Shown here piece by piece: positions 63,677 through 64,000 of a stretch of 64,000 bases of DNA. The stretch lies in the NCBI RefSeq assembly GCF_009914755.1, contig NC_060936.1. One strand, written 5' to 3'. Under the pieces are notes generated by a model. That model did not search any database, was not told where the DNA came from, and saw nothing but the letters and a program-made list of their open reading frames with translations. The stretch's first letter is position 1. Each line of letters starts with the position of its first letter. The stretch is from the human T2T-CHM13v2.0 reference genome, Homo sapiens. A program made the position numbers and the translations under genes.

Positions 63677-64000
63677 CTGCTCCCTCTCTCCACACGGAGC
63701 TCCTGGCAGCGAGAACTACGCACAGCTGCCGCGTTGAGCGTACGATGGAGGCCTACCTCTCGTTTCTGCCCAGCCCTCTGTGGCCAGGAGCCCTGGCCCG
63801 CAAGAGGGACAGAGCCCGGGAGAGACTCGCTCACTCCCATGTTGGGTTTGAGACAGACACCTTTTCTATTTACCTCCTAATGGCATGGAGACTCTGAGAG
63901 CGAATTGTGTGGAGAACTCAGTGCCACACCTCGAACTGGTTGTAGTGGGAAGTCCCGCGAAACCCGGTGCATCTGGCACGTGGCCAGGAGCCATGACAGG
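63677..64000 (+). other. ACVR1B: ACVR1B 3' UTR (proximal part; continues beyond window)
   Basis: Follows the stop codon; no AATAAA seen before the window end. Confidence 0.9.

Overview
Primate (by sequence, human) genomic DNA containing the complete coding region of ACVR1B (ALK4, activin A receptor type 1B; chr12q13 from established knowledge) on the + strand. Nine canonical exons from 21311 to 63676 join to 1518 nt (505 aa plus stop), with all GT-AG junctions and phases checked by hand. Exon 1 sits in a CpG-island promoter, and there is a 123-nt in-frame cassette exon at 52257-52379. The first ~20 kb is repeat-rich intergenic DNA. The window holds about 40 Alu pieces plus L1, L2, MIR, MaLR LTR and Tigger/hAT fossils; subfamily names come from recalled consensus sequences and are approximate. 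No new multi-gene system is supported. The most notable observations are: (1) the cassette exon inserts 41 aa into the SMAD-specifying L45 loop; (2) a U6 snRNA/L1 chimeric retrocopy lies in intron 7; (3) an unexplained 70-nt near-perfect hairpin lies at 2781-2850; (4) a 124-bp, 95%-identical local duplication lies at 8069 and 12696; (5) several read-through, skipping or back-splicing routes would give kinase-altered receptors; (6) two identical CTCF cores in divergent orientation flank kinase exons 4-8.
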